Positions 51,424 to 60,719 of a DNA stretch of 64,000 bases are shown piece after piece. Within the stretch, counting starts at the first letter, position 1. Every line of letters begins with the position of its first letter. The position numbers and the translations under genes were made by a program. Below the pieces are notes generated by a model, which did no database searches, was not told the DNA's origin, and worked only from the letters and a program-made list of their open reading frames with translations. Source of the stretch: a bacterium (GTDB taxonomy: Bacteria > UBA8248); contig CBDBZU010000004.1 in NCBI GenBank assembly GCA_965213625.1, positions 2,272,001-2,336,000 of the forward strand, written 5' to 3'.

Positions 51424-53673
51424 ATGACAGACTATAAAGTCGCGGGCATGGGCCTTACACGAATCGATGCACCTGACAAAGTAGCTGGCAGTGCAAAATA
51501 TGCGGCTGACGTTCCATCGAGCCGTTCACTCATCGGTCTAGTCTTGGGTAGTCCGCATCCGTATGCGAAGGTACTGAGCGTAGATGCAAGTGAGGCGCGC
51601 AAGGTGCCTGGCGTCCGGGCAGTCGTGACGCGAGATGACGCCCCCCGCATTCGATTCGGCGCCAACATCAAAGATCAGAGTTGGTTTGCGCAGGATGGCT
51701 TTGTTCGATATGGCGGAGAACCTGTGGCTGCTGTGGCCGCCGAAGATATGGATGCCGCTCAAGCGGCAATTGAATCGATTCAGGTGGACTATGAAGTTTT
51801 AGAGCCAGTGGTAAACGGCTTGGACAGCCGGGCAGGCGAGGGTCTTGCCGTCCACGAAGATTGGCAAGATTTGGGGCTTGGCCCGAATGCAGACAAAAAC
51901 ATTATCGCCCGATTTGAAAAAGAAATTGGAAATGTCGACGCCGGATACAAAGACGCAGATCGCATTTTTGAGCACACATTTTCTACACCATTCGTACATG
52001 CCGGCTATATTGAGCCTCACGCTTGCGTTGCCGAGGCAGGTGCAGACGGAAAAGTCACAATCTGGACAACCACGCAGGATGCATGGTCCATCCGGGCGGA
52101 CGTGGCTGAGGCGCTTGGCCTCCCGGCAACTCATGTTCGAGTCATTCCTACTGAAATCGGCGGTGGGTTTGGCGCTAAGCTAAAGAGTACTTATGAGCAC
52201 CTAGCCGCTCTTTTGGCTTTGAAAACTGACCAGTCCGTGCGCATGGAGATGACGCGCGAAGAAGATCATATCGGGGTGAATCCGAGACACCCGCATTTCA
52301 TTACGATACGCACAGCGGTGAAGAATGACGGTACGTTTGTCGCTCGGGAGCTTGATGTCACGATGGATCATGGCGCCTATGGCCGAGGCGCACCGTTTCA
52401 ATGCAGTAGCAAGATGCTGATGGGTTCATGCTCGTATCGTATCCCCAACGTTAGGATTCGTGCTTGTACGGTATATACCAATGGCCCCGTTTGTGGTCCC
52501 GTGCGTGCTCCCAGCGGTCCCCAGTACCACTTTGCCACTGAAGTGCAGATGGACATCATCGCGCGCGAGATGGGGATTGACCCACTCGAGATAAGGAGAA
52601 TAAATTCCCTTCGGCCCGGAGATGAGACGCTGGCTGGGAAGGAGCCGGCTCCATCCATGCGTAGTGTGCTTGACTCAACAGCCGTGGAAGGCATGTGGGG
52701 AAAGAAAATTGAGGCTAACGGAGAGCTTGAGGGAGATGGCTGGAAGCTCGGCCGCGGCATTGCTTGCGGATATTGGCCCGGGCCCGGGGAGGCGTCTAGT
52801 TGCACGGTCCGCCTGAATCAAGACGGCACCGTACAAGTGGTAGCGGGAACGGTGAACCTTACGGGTATGAGCACTTCCATATGCCAACTTGCCGCAGAGG
52901 AATTGGGCGTTAGTTTGGATGAAGTGCGGTACACGAACGGAGATACGGATTCGGTTCCCGAATCATCGGCGGCGTCAGGCAGTAAGGCGACGCGCGCGGT
53001 TGGAATGGCAACTTTGAGTGCCGCCCGTGATTTGCGGAACAAAATCTTGAATGTGGCGAGTATAAAACTCGAAGCCGCTGCGGATGATCTGGTTTTGGAA
53101 GATGGACAAGTCAAAGTGGCTTCAGCGCCCGACCGAGCTATGTCTCTTGCACAGGTGGCCAAGGCGGCGCCTGAAATTCAGGGATTTTTAATCGGACAAG
53201 GTGAAAGCGCAAAGCCTCCCCCATGTCCGATACATACCGGACAGGTGGCGGATGTAGCCGTGAATCCGGAGCTTGGTGAGGTCAGGGTTTTGCGCCTTAC
53301 ATGCGTGCAGGACGTGGGATTTGCCATAAACCCATTGTCCGTGGTGGGACAAATTGAAGGCGCCATGCTCCAGGGACTCGGATTGGCCCTCATGGAAGAG
53401 CAGCCCAGGCGCCCGGATGGTAATTTGCACGGCGATACCTTCCATGAATATCTGATACCTACCAGCATGGATATGCCTGAATTGAATGCCGTTTTGTATG
53501 ATAACCCGGCCGAGGGTACGCCCTATGGGATGCGAGGCGTGGGTGAACCGCCCATTGTGGCGACTGCGGCGGCGATTGTGAATGCCATTCAAGACGCTGT
53601 TGGTACACCAGTTTTCTCATTACCTGTTGGCCCGCATCATATTCGAGAGGCTCTGGCTACGAACAGCGTATAA
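51424..53673 (+). CDS. Xanthine dehydrogenase-family molybdopterin-binding large subunit
   Basis: KVAGSAKY..D, SPHP, IEPH, GGGFG, GDTD, QIEG, GVGEPP. Confidence 0.92.
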   Translation: MTDYKVAGMGLTRIDAPDKVAGSAKYAADVPSSRSLIGLVLGSPHPYAKVLSVDASEARKVPGVRAVVTRDDAPRIRFGANIKDQSWFAQDGFVRYGGEPVAAVAAEDMDAAQAAIESIQVDYEVLEPVVNGLDSRAGEGLAVHEDWQDLGLGPNADKNIIARFEKEIGNVDAGYKDADRIFEHTFSTPFVHAGYIEPHACVAEAGADGKVTIWTTTQDAWSIRADVAEALGLPATHVRVIPTEIGGGFGAKLKSTYEHLAALLALKTDQSVRMEMTREEDHIGVNPRHPHFITIRTAVKNDGTFVARELDVTMDHGAYGRGAPFQCSSKMLMGSCSYRIPNVRIRACTVYTNGPVCGPVRAPSGPQYHFATEVQMDIIAREMGIDPLEIRRINSLRPGDETLAGKEPAPSMRSVLDSTAVEGMWGKKIEANGELEGDGWKLGRGIACGYWPGPGEASSCTVRLNQDGTVQVVAGTVNLTGMSTSICQLAAEELGVSLDEVRYTNGDTDSVPESSAASGSKATRAVGMATLSAARDLRNKILNVASIKLEAAADDLVLEDGQVKVASAPDRAMSLAQVAKAAPEIQGFLIGQGESAKPPPCPIHTGQVADVAVNPELGEVRVLRLTCVQDVGFAINPLSVVGQIEGAMLQGLGLALMEEQPRRPDGNLHGDTFHEYLIPTSMDMPELNAVLYDNPAEGTPYGMRGVGEPPIVATAAAIVNAIQDAVGTPVFSLPVGPHHIREALATNSV

Positions 53674-53704
53674 ATCACACCCGACACTTTTCAAGGAGAA
53701 TCCA

Positions 53705-54370
53705 ATGCCTGTGGACGAAGGAACAAGTTTGCCGGATAGTTTGGGCGTGACCGATGAGATGATGGCATGTCCTTTACCAAGGTTGCCTTTCGTCGATCCT
53801 GACAATGTTCCCGACGAACTCAAGGAAGAACTCGCTCCGCTCTACGATTGGTCGAAACGGATGTGGGGCACTGTCCCACGCTTTTTACAGCTTTTGGGAA
53901 ATTCACCCCCTACTGTGGAAGGATGGATGTTGCTCGACCAGAAGCTCCGTACGAATCGATTAAAAACGGAGTCCGATTACATTCGACTCATGGAACTGGT
54001 CATCGTCAAAACGGCCATTTTGACAGAGTGCAACAACTGAATCGGGCACAATGTGGAGCTCGGTCGAGCTCTGGGTCTTACGCAGGATCAAATCAACATG
54101 TTGGAAGGCGATGATTGGAATGAAAGTGATTTGTTCGATGACAAGGAGAAAGCCGTTATCCGTTGGGCGGATGAAGTATCGAAGTTCAGGGCGAAGAATA
54201 ATGACTTCGCATTCAATGAGATGAAAAAATATTTCTCCAATCGGCAGATCGTGGAACTCACTTTTATTTGTGGGATGTGGCATCTTTCGGGAAGACTGGC
54301 CGAGGCGCTCCACCTGGTTGTGGAACCACCGGGAGGGCGCATCGAATTTCAGGCAGAAGACATGGCGTAA
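53705..54370 (+). CDS. AhpD/carboxymuconolactone decarboxylase family protein with in-frame UGA (probable selenocysteine)
   Basis: ORFs ending 54040 and starting 54053 share a frame; read-through gives ELVIVKTAILTEC-N-N-U-IGHNVELGRALG; AAGGAG RBS before ATG 53705; 221 aa. Confidence 0.85.
54041..54075 (+). promoter_or_regulatory. Putative bacterial SECIS element
   Basis: GAGCTC-GGTC-GAGCTC hairpin (54056-54071); apical loop starts with G, 21 nt after the UGA. Confidence 0.65.
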
Positions 54371-54605
54371 ACACAAGCTTCATCGCCAAATACATTTGTT
54401 GAGCGATCCTTGCGTTGTGTCGTTTTGGCTTAATGTACGCGTGCGCATACAAATCATGTCCAACATTTGCTCATCTGAAATTCATCTTTCCGGCTTCCAT
54501 TTTCGTTTTTTCGACTAACTATTTCATCCGCCCATGATATGAAACATGTTTTGAACAATGCATTTTTATCGGTTGAAAAATAAGGATATATACATAAAAA
54601 AAGAA

Positions 54606-54633
54606 TTGCTTTTTTTGAAGATTTTTGTATACT
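54606..54633 (+). promoter_or_regulatory. Sigma70-type promoter upstream of acidic peptide ORF
   Basis: TTGCTT, 16-bp spacer, TATACT, with A-rich upstream tract. Confidence 0.55.
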
Positions 54634-54691
54634 CCCCCGCTTTGTGATGTCGCCTGAATCAAACCCAGGCTAATTCGTTTCGAGCCGCCCA

Positions 54692-54874
54692 ATGAATGAG
54701 GAAGAAATGCTCGAGTTCAATGAAAGTGTTGCTGTCTTGGATCAAGAGTTTTTCGCTGAGTCTGGCGATGTTTTGCCAACGGATGTGGACTATGATGTGT
54801 CTGATGACGGTGCAAGTGACGATTTCTCCTTTTTAAGTGACGGCGAAGGAGGCAATGCTCCTGCTGCTTATTAG
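54692..54874 (+). CDS. Small highly acidic hypothetical peptide (60 aa)
   Basis: 18 Asp/Glu, no Lys/Arg/His; between a promoter and a terminator; start may be the second Met (54707). Confidence 0.55.
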   Translation: MNEEEMLEFNESVAVLDQEFFAESGDVLPTDVDYDVSDDGASDDFSFLSDGEGGNAPAAY

Positions 54875-54898
54875 CATCCAACAGGAGAAAATGATTCA

Positions 54899-54931
54899 GC
54901 GCCCGGTAGAGATTTCAGCCGGGCGTTTTTT
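54899..54931 (+). terminator. Intrinsic terminator
   Basis: GCGCCCGG...CCGGGCG followed by T6. Confidence 0.8.
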
Positions 54932-54986
54932 GTCCTGAAATATCTGTAATATGGAATTTACTTCATAACTATTGGAAGAAATTGTG

Positions 54987-55832
54987 ATGGCGACAGACGA
55001 ACTGACGATTCATCATGAAGACTTGCGTGGCCGCATTCTCTCAGCGGATTCGATGACCTATTTTGACGAAAGGGTTGGAGAATGGGACGTTCTCATTGGA
55101 GGCTCTTACGCCGCACGCATGACGATGGCGTGGGCAATGCGCCTGGGTGCGAGGGCAATCATTGCCCATGCGGCAGGAGTAGGGAAGGATGATGCAGGGA
55201 TAAGCGGTCTCCGGTTGGCCCAGGAATATCATGTCCCTGCATTGGCATGTGAGACAATGTCCGCAAGACTCGCCGTTGGAGTATCCGTTTATGAAGGCGA
55301 AGTCGGCCATGCGAATCAAGTGGCCCAAAGTCTCGGTGTTGAAATCGGTCAATCCATTGCTGAAGCTTCGAAAATTTTGCTCGATGCCGATGTGGGCCGG
55401 GAAGTGATTGTGGAGGAAAGCCTGGATGATAGAATTTATGAGCTAGAGCATTTGCCTGATGGTAATATACGCGCTTCATGGGGAATTCCCGTCCTGCGTT
55501 CTATCCAGGAACCAAGGCCCCAAGATGTTTTTATCCAAGCCTCGCATTGCGGACTCACTCTCGTACCGCATGTCATGAAGCTTAATTTAAAGGGTGTTAT
55601 TGCCAATGATGCAGGACGGGGGAAAGATGACTCCGGCACCGCATCTTTCCCCTACCTGGCGCGGGAGGGGATTGCGGTGGCGGCGGTCGGAGCCATGAGC
55701 GCGCGCATAGGTGATGTGATGAGCACCTGGCAGGAAGGCGTTATTTCATGCATGAACGAAGTAGCCGAAAAGCGTGGAGTGCGAGGAGGCATGAAGACGC
55801 GAGAGGCTGCTCTCGTCATGCTAAATGGTTAG
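54987..55832 (+). CDS. Hypothetical protein with two homologous domains
   Basis: HAAGVGKDDAGISG...MSARLAVG / NDAGRGKDDSGTAS...MSARIGD internal duplication. Confidence 0.8.
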   Translation: MATDELTIHHEDLRGRILSADSMTYFDERVGEWDVLIGGSYAARMTMAWAMRLGARAIIAHAAGVGKDDAGISGLRLAQEYHVPALACETMSARLAVGVSVYEGEVGHANQVAQSLGVEIGQSIAEASKILLDADVGREVIVEESLDDRIYELEHLPDGNIRASWGIPVLRSIQEPRPQDVFIQASHCGLTLVPHVMKLNLKGVIANDAGRGKDDSGTASFPYLAREGIAVAAVGAMSARIGDVMSTWQEGVISCMNEVAEKRGVRGGMKTREAALVMLNG

Positions 55833-55852
55833 GGTTTTATTCGAAATTGTCC

Positions 55853-55928
55853 TGGTGGAGGTGAGGGGATTCGAACCCCTGACCTCGTGGGTGCGATCCA
55901 CGCGCTCTCCCATCTGAGCTACACCCCC
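55853..55928 (-). tRNA. tRNA-Ala (CGC)
   Basis: Minus strand GGGGGTG/CACCTCC acceptor with G3-U70, anticodon loop ATCGCAC, TTCGAAT T-loop, ACCA end. Confidence 0.96.
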
Positions 55929-55941
55929 ACAAAGGAACTTG

Positions 55942-55970
55942 AAGGTAGGCGAAGGAGCTTCGGGTGTCAA
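55942..55970 (-). promoter_or_regulatory. Sigma70-type promoter for tRNA-Ala
   Basis: Minus strand TTGACA, 17-bp spacer, TACCTT. Confidence 0.75.
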
Positions 55971-55980
55971 GTGAAATAGG

Positions 55981-56375
55981 GAGAGCCGGTGAAGTGCTCC
56001 CCCTAGGAGACTTCACCGGCTCTCGACCTGCCGCAGAGTCCGCCCGTTTCCCCCGCAGCAGGGAATCATATTCGAATTAGTGGGAGCCAAGGACTCAACC
56101 ACCGAGGTGTATTGTCCCCGGCTCCCGATCCTGCTGCAGAGTCCGCCCGTTTCCCCCGCAGCAGGGAATCATATTCGAATTAGTGGGAGCCAAGGACTCA
56201 ACCACCGAGGTGTATTGTCCCCGGCTCCCGATCCTGCTGCAGAGTCCGCCCGTTTCCCCCGCAGCAAGAGAATCTATTAAAAATCCGTTTTGGTGAGAGT
56301 CGGGGGACAACCCTCCGAGGATTCTCCCCCGACTCTCGTCCCGTCGCAGAGTCCGCCCGTTTCCCCCACGACGGG
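55981..56375 (-). ncRNA. Array of four two-hairpin structured RNA units (103-107 bp period), unknown family
   Basis: Invariant 20-mer AGAGTCCGCCCGTTTCCCCC at 56035, 56138, 56241, 56348, each enclosed by an 8-bp stem; compensatory changes; A-C mismatches on plus become G-U on minus. Repeat is certain, RNA function is inferred. Confidence 0.7.
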
Positions 56376-56384
56376 TAAATTAGT

Positions 56385-59300
56385 TCAAGAACATCCACTC
56401 GTCGCGCCACATGTCATACATTTGAGGCACGTGCCGTTTCGCACTAAAGTGAACAAACCACAATCGCTGCATGCTTCACCCTCATACCCTTTTGCCCGCG
56501 CTTCTTCGATACGTGAATCGAGGGTGGAACTTGCTTCTGTTAAGGGTGTCATCGAAGTTTGGGTGGATTCTTTTTCATAATTCAAACTTATACGGTCGCT
56601 GCGCGGTGCGCTCGCATCCGGTCCCGGGAATACGGTTTGAATTTCATCTTTTTCCTCAGTGTCGAATTCCGGGATCTCATCTTGGGGACGCCCAATGGTG
56701 TCACTTCTCAAATCCTCCGACACGACTTGCGCAAGGTCGTGGCGTCCGAGATATGAAACTGCCAGTTCACGGAAGATGTAATCGATGATGGATGTGCTCA
56801 TCTTGATGTGGGGGTTACCGGAGACCATTCCCCCGGGCTCGAAGCGTGTGAAGACGAAGGCATCCACGAATTCGTCCAACGGAACGCCGTGCTGGAGCCC
56901 CAGCGAAATCGCGATGGCGAAACAGTTCATGAGGCTTCTGAAGGCAGCGCCTTCTTTGTGCATATCTATGAAAATTTCGCCGATAGAGCCGTCCTCGTAC
57001 TCACCGGTTCTAAGATACACTTTGTGTCCACCGATAACGGCTTTTTGCGTGTATCCGCCACGGCGGGTAGGTAACTTGCGTCTTCTGGATTGGTAAATGA
57101 TCCGGCGCACAATCTGCTGAGCAACGTGCACGGGAGCACTTTGGGAAGCTGGTTCTTCTTCACCGATATCACTGAAGAGTTCCGCTTCACTTTGCGCGGA
57201 AAGTGGTTGGCTTAGTTTCGAGCCATCGCGGTAAATCGCAATTGCTTTGGTCATTCGCAGCCATGACTCATGGTAGATGTCCAAAATGTCTTGAATTGTT
57301 GATTCCGCAGGCATGTTGATGGTTTTGCTGATGGCGCCTGATATGAAAGGCTGCGCCGCCGCCATCATGCGAACGTGCGCCATCGGGCTGATGAAGCGCT
57401 TGCCTTCTCGCCCGCATTTGCTCGCGCAATCAAAAACGGCTAGATGCTCTTCTTTCAGGTGGGGGGCGCCCTCAAGCGTCATTTTCCCGCAAACATAATC
57501 ATTCGCTTCGCTGATTTGCTCTGGAGTGAAACCAATGGCTTCGAGCAAATTCAGGTTCCAGTCGGCTATTTGCGCTTCATTAAGATTCAATTGTTCACGA
57601 CAGAAGTCTTCACCAAGGGAGTATTTGTTAAATGCGAACTGGATTTCAAACGCCCCTTCAAGTGCGGCTTCCACCTTTTCGAGGGCTTTGCTGGTAAACC
57701 CTTTTGCATGTAGAGATTCTGGATTGATATGAGGCGCATTCGTGAGGGTGCCCCGCCCTCTGCAATAGGCGACGATTTCGCGGATTTCTTCATCGTCATA
57801 GCCCAGGTGCCGCAAGGCAAGAGGAACGGACTGGTTGATGATCTTGAAATAACCGCCTCCGGCCAGTTTTTTGAATTTCACCAATGCAAAATCTGGCTCG
57901 ATTCCCGTTGTGTCGCAATCCATTACCAGGCCAATAGTGCCTGTTGGCGCGATGACAGTGGCTTGCGCATTCCGGTAGCCGTTTCGATAGCCAATGGCCA
58001 ACGCGTCATCCCACGCTTCACGCGCCGCTTGGAGAAGATAATCGGGGCAGATTTCCCCAGCAATTCCTTTAGGCGCCTTCGAGAGCATTTCGTATTCTGT
58101 TTCAGGCACTGAATAAGCTGCGCGGCGATGGTTTCTCAATACCCGCAGCATATGTTCCTGGTTGTCCTGATACCTGACGAAAGCTCCCAGTTCTCCTGCC
58201 ATTTCGGCACTTGTAGCGTACGAGCAGCCCGTCATGATAGACGTGAGAGCGCCGCACCACGCTTCCGCTTCCGGAGAATCGTAAGGGATGCCGAGAACCA
58301 TGAGCGCAGTGCCGAGATTGGCGTATCCAATTCCCAAGGTACGATACTCAAATGAGCGTTTGGCTATTTCGGGGCTGGGGAATTGCGCCATGAGCACCGA
58401 AATTTCAAGGACAACCGTCAGCAGGCGAATCACATGGCGATAGTCTTCTATCTGGAAATGATTCTGTTCTGTATCCAGGAATTTCATGAGATTCATCGAC
58501 GCCAGATTGCATGCGGTGTCATCCAGGAACATGTATTCCGAGCAGGGATTAGAACCATTGATACGTCCATCAGTGGAGCACGTGTGCCAATCGTTGATGG
58601 TCGTGTCGAATTGAAGGCCAGGGTCTGCGCAACACCACGCCGCATATCCAATCTGATCCCAAAGTTCTTTCGAACTGACGGAGTCGGCGATTTCACCATC
58701 GGTGCGTCGAATCAAGTTCCAATCCGTATTTTTTTCGGTGGCATTCATGAAATCATCTGAAATACGTATCGAATTGTTCGAGTTTTGCCCGGACACCGAA
58801 GTGTAGGCCTCGCCTTCCCAATTCGTGTCGAATTCCTCGAACTCGATCTCGGTGATGCCTTGCTGCGCGAGTTGAAGGGTTCGATGAATGTAATTATCCG
58901 GAACACCGGCGAGCCTTGCGGCGCGTATTGCTTTGACGAGCGATGGGTTCTTGTCCGGCTGATGGAGGTTGCCGTTGAGGCCTAGGTTCTTTCCTTCCAG
59001 GCAAGCCGCGAGAATGGCGTTCATGTGCCGGCTGCACATCTTGCTGCCCGATACCAGGGCGGCCACTTTCTGTTCTTCATGCACCTTCCAGTTAATGAAT
59101 TCCTCGATGTCGGGATGATCGATGTTTAACGTGACCATTTTCGCCGCGCGTCGCGTCGTGCCGCCCGACTTGATGGCGCCCGCTGCGCGGTCCCCAATCT
59201 TAAGGAAACTCATCAGGCCGGAACTTCTTCCGCCACCCGAAAGCGACTCCCCTTCCGCCCTCAAGCTCGCGAAATTCGTACCGGTACCTGAGCCGTATTT

Positions 59301-59975
59301 GAAGATGCGCGCCTCGCGCGTCCATAAATCCATGATCCCGCCCTCGTTGACGAGATCATCTTTTACAGATTGGATGAAGCACGCGTGCGGCTGGGGACGT
59401 TCATAGGCGTTGGTGGAGCGGAGGATTTCTCCGGTTTCCGGGTCGCAATAGAAATGGCCCTGAGCGGGACGCGTAATGCCGTAAGCCCAGTGGAGGCCGG
59501 TATTGAACCACTGCGGCGAGTTGGGAGCCGCCATCTGGCTCGCAAGAATGTATAGAAGCTCATCATAGAACGCCTTGGCGTCCTCTTCCGAATGAAAATA
59601 GCCGTGCTTCCAGCCCCAATACGTCCAGCATCCCGCCAGGCGATGGAAAACGTCCCGTGCGTCTCGCTCGCTGCCGTATTTCTCGTCCTCTGGGAGGGAT
59701 TCGAGTTTTTCCGTGTCCGGCTCCGAACATTGCAGCCACTCGGGTACGCCTTCTTCGGGAATTTTTTTCAGATGGGTGGGGACGCCGGCTTTACGAAAAT
59801 ATTTTTGCGCCAGAATGTCGACGGCCACCTGAGACCAGTTCTCCGGCGCCATGATATCCTTCGCTTCGAAGACGACCGAGCCGTCCGGGTTGACGATGCG
59901 AGAGGTGCGCGGCGCGAAACCGACCTCGCCGTACGTGTCATCTCCGGCCCGGGTGAAACGCCTCGTAAACTCCAC
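56385..59975 (-). CDS. nrdJ: Vitamin B12-dependent (class II) ribonucleotide reductase
   Basis: [29 protein letters not shown] thiyl motif, [28 protein letters not shown]-terminal domain with CxxC..CxxC.GCS; no ATP cone. Confidence 0.96.
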   Translation of the reverse strand: MEFTRRFTRAGDDTYGEVGFAPRTSRIVNPDGSVVFEAKDIMAPENWSQVAVDILAQKYFRKAGVPTHLKKIPEEGVPEWLQCSEPDTEKLESLPEDEKYGSERDARDVFHRLAGCWTYWGWKHGYFHSEEDAKAFYDELLYILASQMAAPNSPQWFNTGLHWAYGITRPAQGHFYCDPETGEILRSTNAYERPQPHACFIQSVKDDLVNEGGIMDLWTREARIFKYGSGTGTNFASLRAEGESLSGGGRSSGLMSFLKIGDRAAGAIKSGGTTRRAAKMVTLNIDHPDIEEFINWKVHEEQKVAALVSGSKMCSRHMNAILAACLEGKNLGLNGNLHQPDKNPSLVKAIRAARLAGVPDNYIHRTLQLAQQGITEIEFEEFDTNWEGEAYTSVSGQNSNNSIRISDDFMNATEKNTDWNLIRRTDGEIADSVSSKELWDQIGYAAWCCADPGLQFDTTINDWHTCSTDGRINGSNPCSEYMFLDDTACNLASMNLMKFLDTEQNHFQIEDYRHVIRLLTVVLEISVLMAQFPSPEIAKRSFEYRTLGIGYANLGTALMVLGIPYDSPEAEAWCGALTSIMTGCSYATSAEMAGELGAFVRYQDNQEHMLRVLRNHRRAAYSVPETEYEMLSKAPKGIAGEICPDYLLQAAREAWDDALAIGYRNGYRNAQATVIAPTGTIGLVMDCDTTGIEPDFALVKFKKLAGGGYFKIINQSVPLALRHLGYDDEEIREIVAYCRGRGTLTNAPHINPESLHAKGFTSKALEKVEAALEGAFEIQFAFNKYSLGEDFCREQLNLNEAQIADWNLNLLEAIGFTPEQISEANDYVCGKMTLEGAPHLKEEHLAVFDCASKCGREGKRFISPMAHVRMMAAAQPFISGAISKTINMPAESTIQDILDIYHESWLRMTKAIAIYRDGSKLSQPLSAQSEAELFSDIGEEEPASQSAPVHVAQQIVRRIIYQSRRRKLPTRRGGYTQKAVIGGHKVYLRTGEYEDGSIGEIFIDMHKEGAAFRSLMNCFAIAISLGLQHGVPLDEFVDAFVFTRFEPGGMVSGNPHIKMSTSIIDYIFRELAVSYLGRHDLAQVVSEDLRSDTIGRPQDEIPEFDTEEKDEIQTVFPGPDASAPRSDRISLNYEKESTQTSMTPLTEASSTLDSRIEEARAKGYEGEACSDCGLFTLVRNGTCLKCMTCGATSGCS

Positions 59976-60012
59976 TCCCTGTCTCCTTCGTTCTGGGCGT
60001 CCCGCTGTGCCG

Positions 60013-60081
60013 GGGACATATTTAGTATGCCGAAATCAAACCGCAACACTAAATGTAGTATGCTTTGTCCCCGTCTGTCAA
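60013..60081 (-). promoter_or_regulatory. nrdJ promoter with tandem NrdR boxes
   Basis: ACACTAAATGTAGTAT (60046-60061) fits acaCwAtATaTwGtgt; weaker box at 60013-60028; minus-strand TTGACA (60081-60076), 18 bp, TACATT overlapping the strong box. Confidence 0.7.
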
Positions 60082-60116
60082 TACTTTAAAATCGGATATA
60101 CACAAAATATATGAAC

Positions 60117-60160
60117 TTACCCACACCTTATCCCCAAATGTTGTGCTTTCATGTGGATAA
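60117..60160. promoter_or_regulatory. Three DnaA-box-like 9-mers
   Basis: TTACCCACA (60117), TTATCCCCA (60128), TGTGGATAA (60152, perfect reverse TTATCCACA). Confidence 0.6.
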
Positions 60161-60719
60161 GCGGCGCAAGGAGGATAATGAGGGCCGAAACACCGCCCCG
60201 ATCCGCACCTGCAGCCTCGTTATCCGGGGCGGCGGCGCGCCCGAAGGGGTGCGCGGGAGCACCCGAATCACGGTAACGTGGCCGACATTCAGGGGTGTCT
60301 CCATCGCGAAAAATCACCCGCAAACATGCCCCGGATGTGCCCGGAAAAACACAGGAAATTTATCGAATAACCCCGTGAATTTATCTATATTTATCGTATT
60401 TTTCAGAATTGATTGGCTCTGGTTCGCCGTCCCGATTCCGCGCTGATGACTCCACACTCCCGGATATTCTGATTGCGCGAAAAGAGATTCTTCAAACGAG
60501 CCGACCTCCCTGTCGCGCGACCCGCGGTTTCAAGAGCGAAGACAGCGCGTCGAGCAGGGGTATGGTGCACCACCGCAGAATCCGCACTTGCGGGGAAATG
60601 CGCGCTTCCCGGCTGAGGCGGGTCTCATCGGCTCGCTCAACGAAGGGCAGCCTGCGCTCATCCACCGCGCGCATCGACAGTCGGCGAATCACGTCGCAGA
60701 CGGAGTGGCCCATGCCCCC

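Noticed and set aside
53582-54370. Two separate ORFs or a pseudogene
   Set aside because: Same frame, single TGA at a catalytic Cys position with a SECIS-like hairpin and no other lesions; read-through is more parsimonious
54440-54464. dif-like site GTGCGCATAC-AAA-TCATGTCCAAC
   Set aside because: Arms resemble XerC/XerD sites but the spacer is 3 bp rather than 6 and the XerD arm has several mismatches
55981-56375. CRISPR array interpretation
   Set aside because: Intervening segments are about 80 bp, self-complementary and two are identical; no cas genes in the window
60117-60160. Replication origin
   Set aside because: Only three DnaA-like boxes, no dnaA/dnaN/gidA context; better explained as nrdJ regulation
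59976-60400. Cobalamin riboswitch upstream of nrdJ
   Set aside because: No recognisable B12-box or conserved core; the leader is short and explained by promoter, NrdR and DnaA sites
60409-60719. Short ORFs between nrdJ and pyc
   Set aside because: No recognisable motifs or convincing RBS; overlapping calls on both strands
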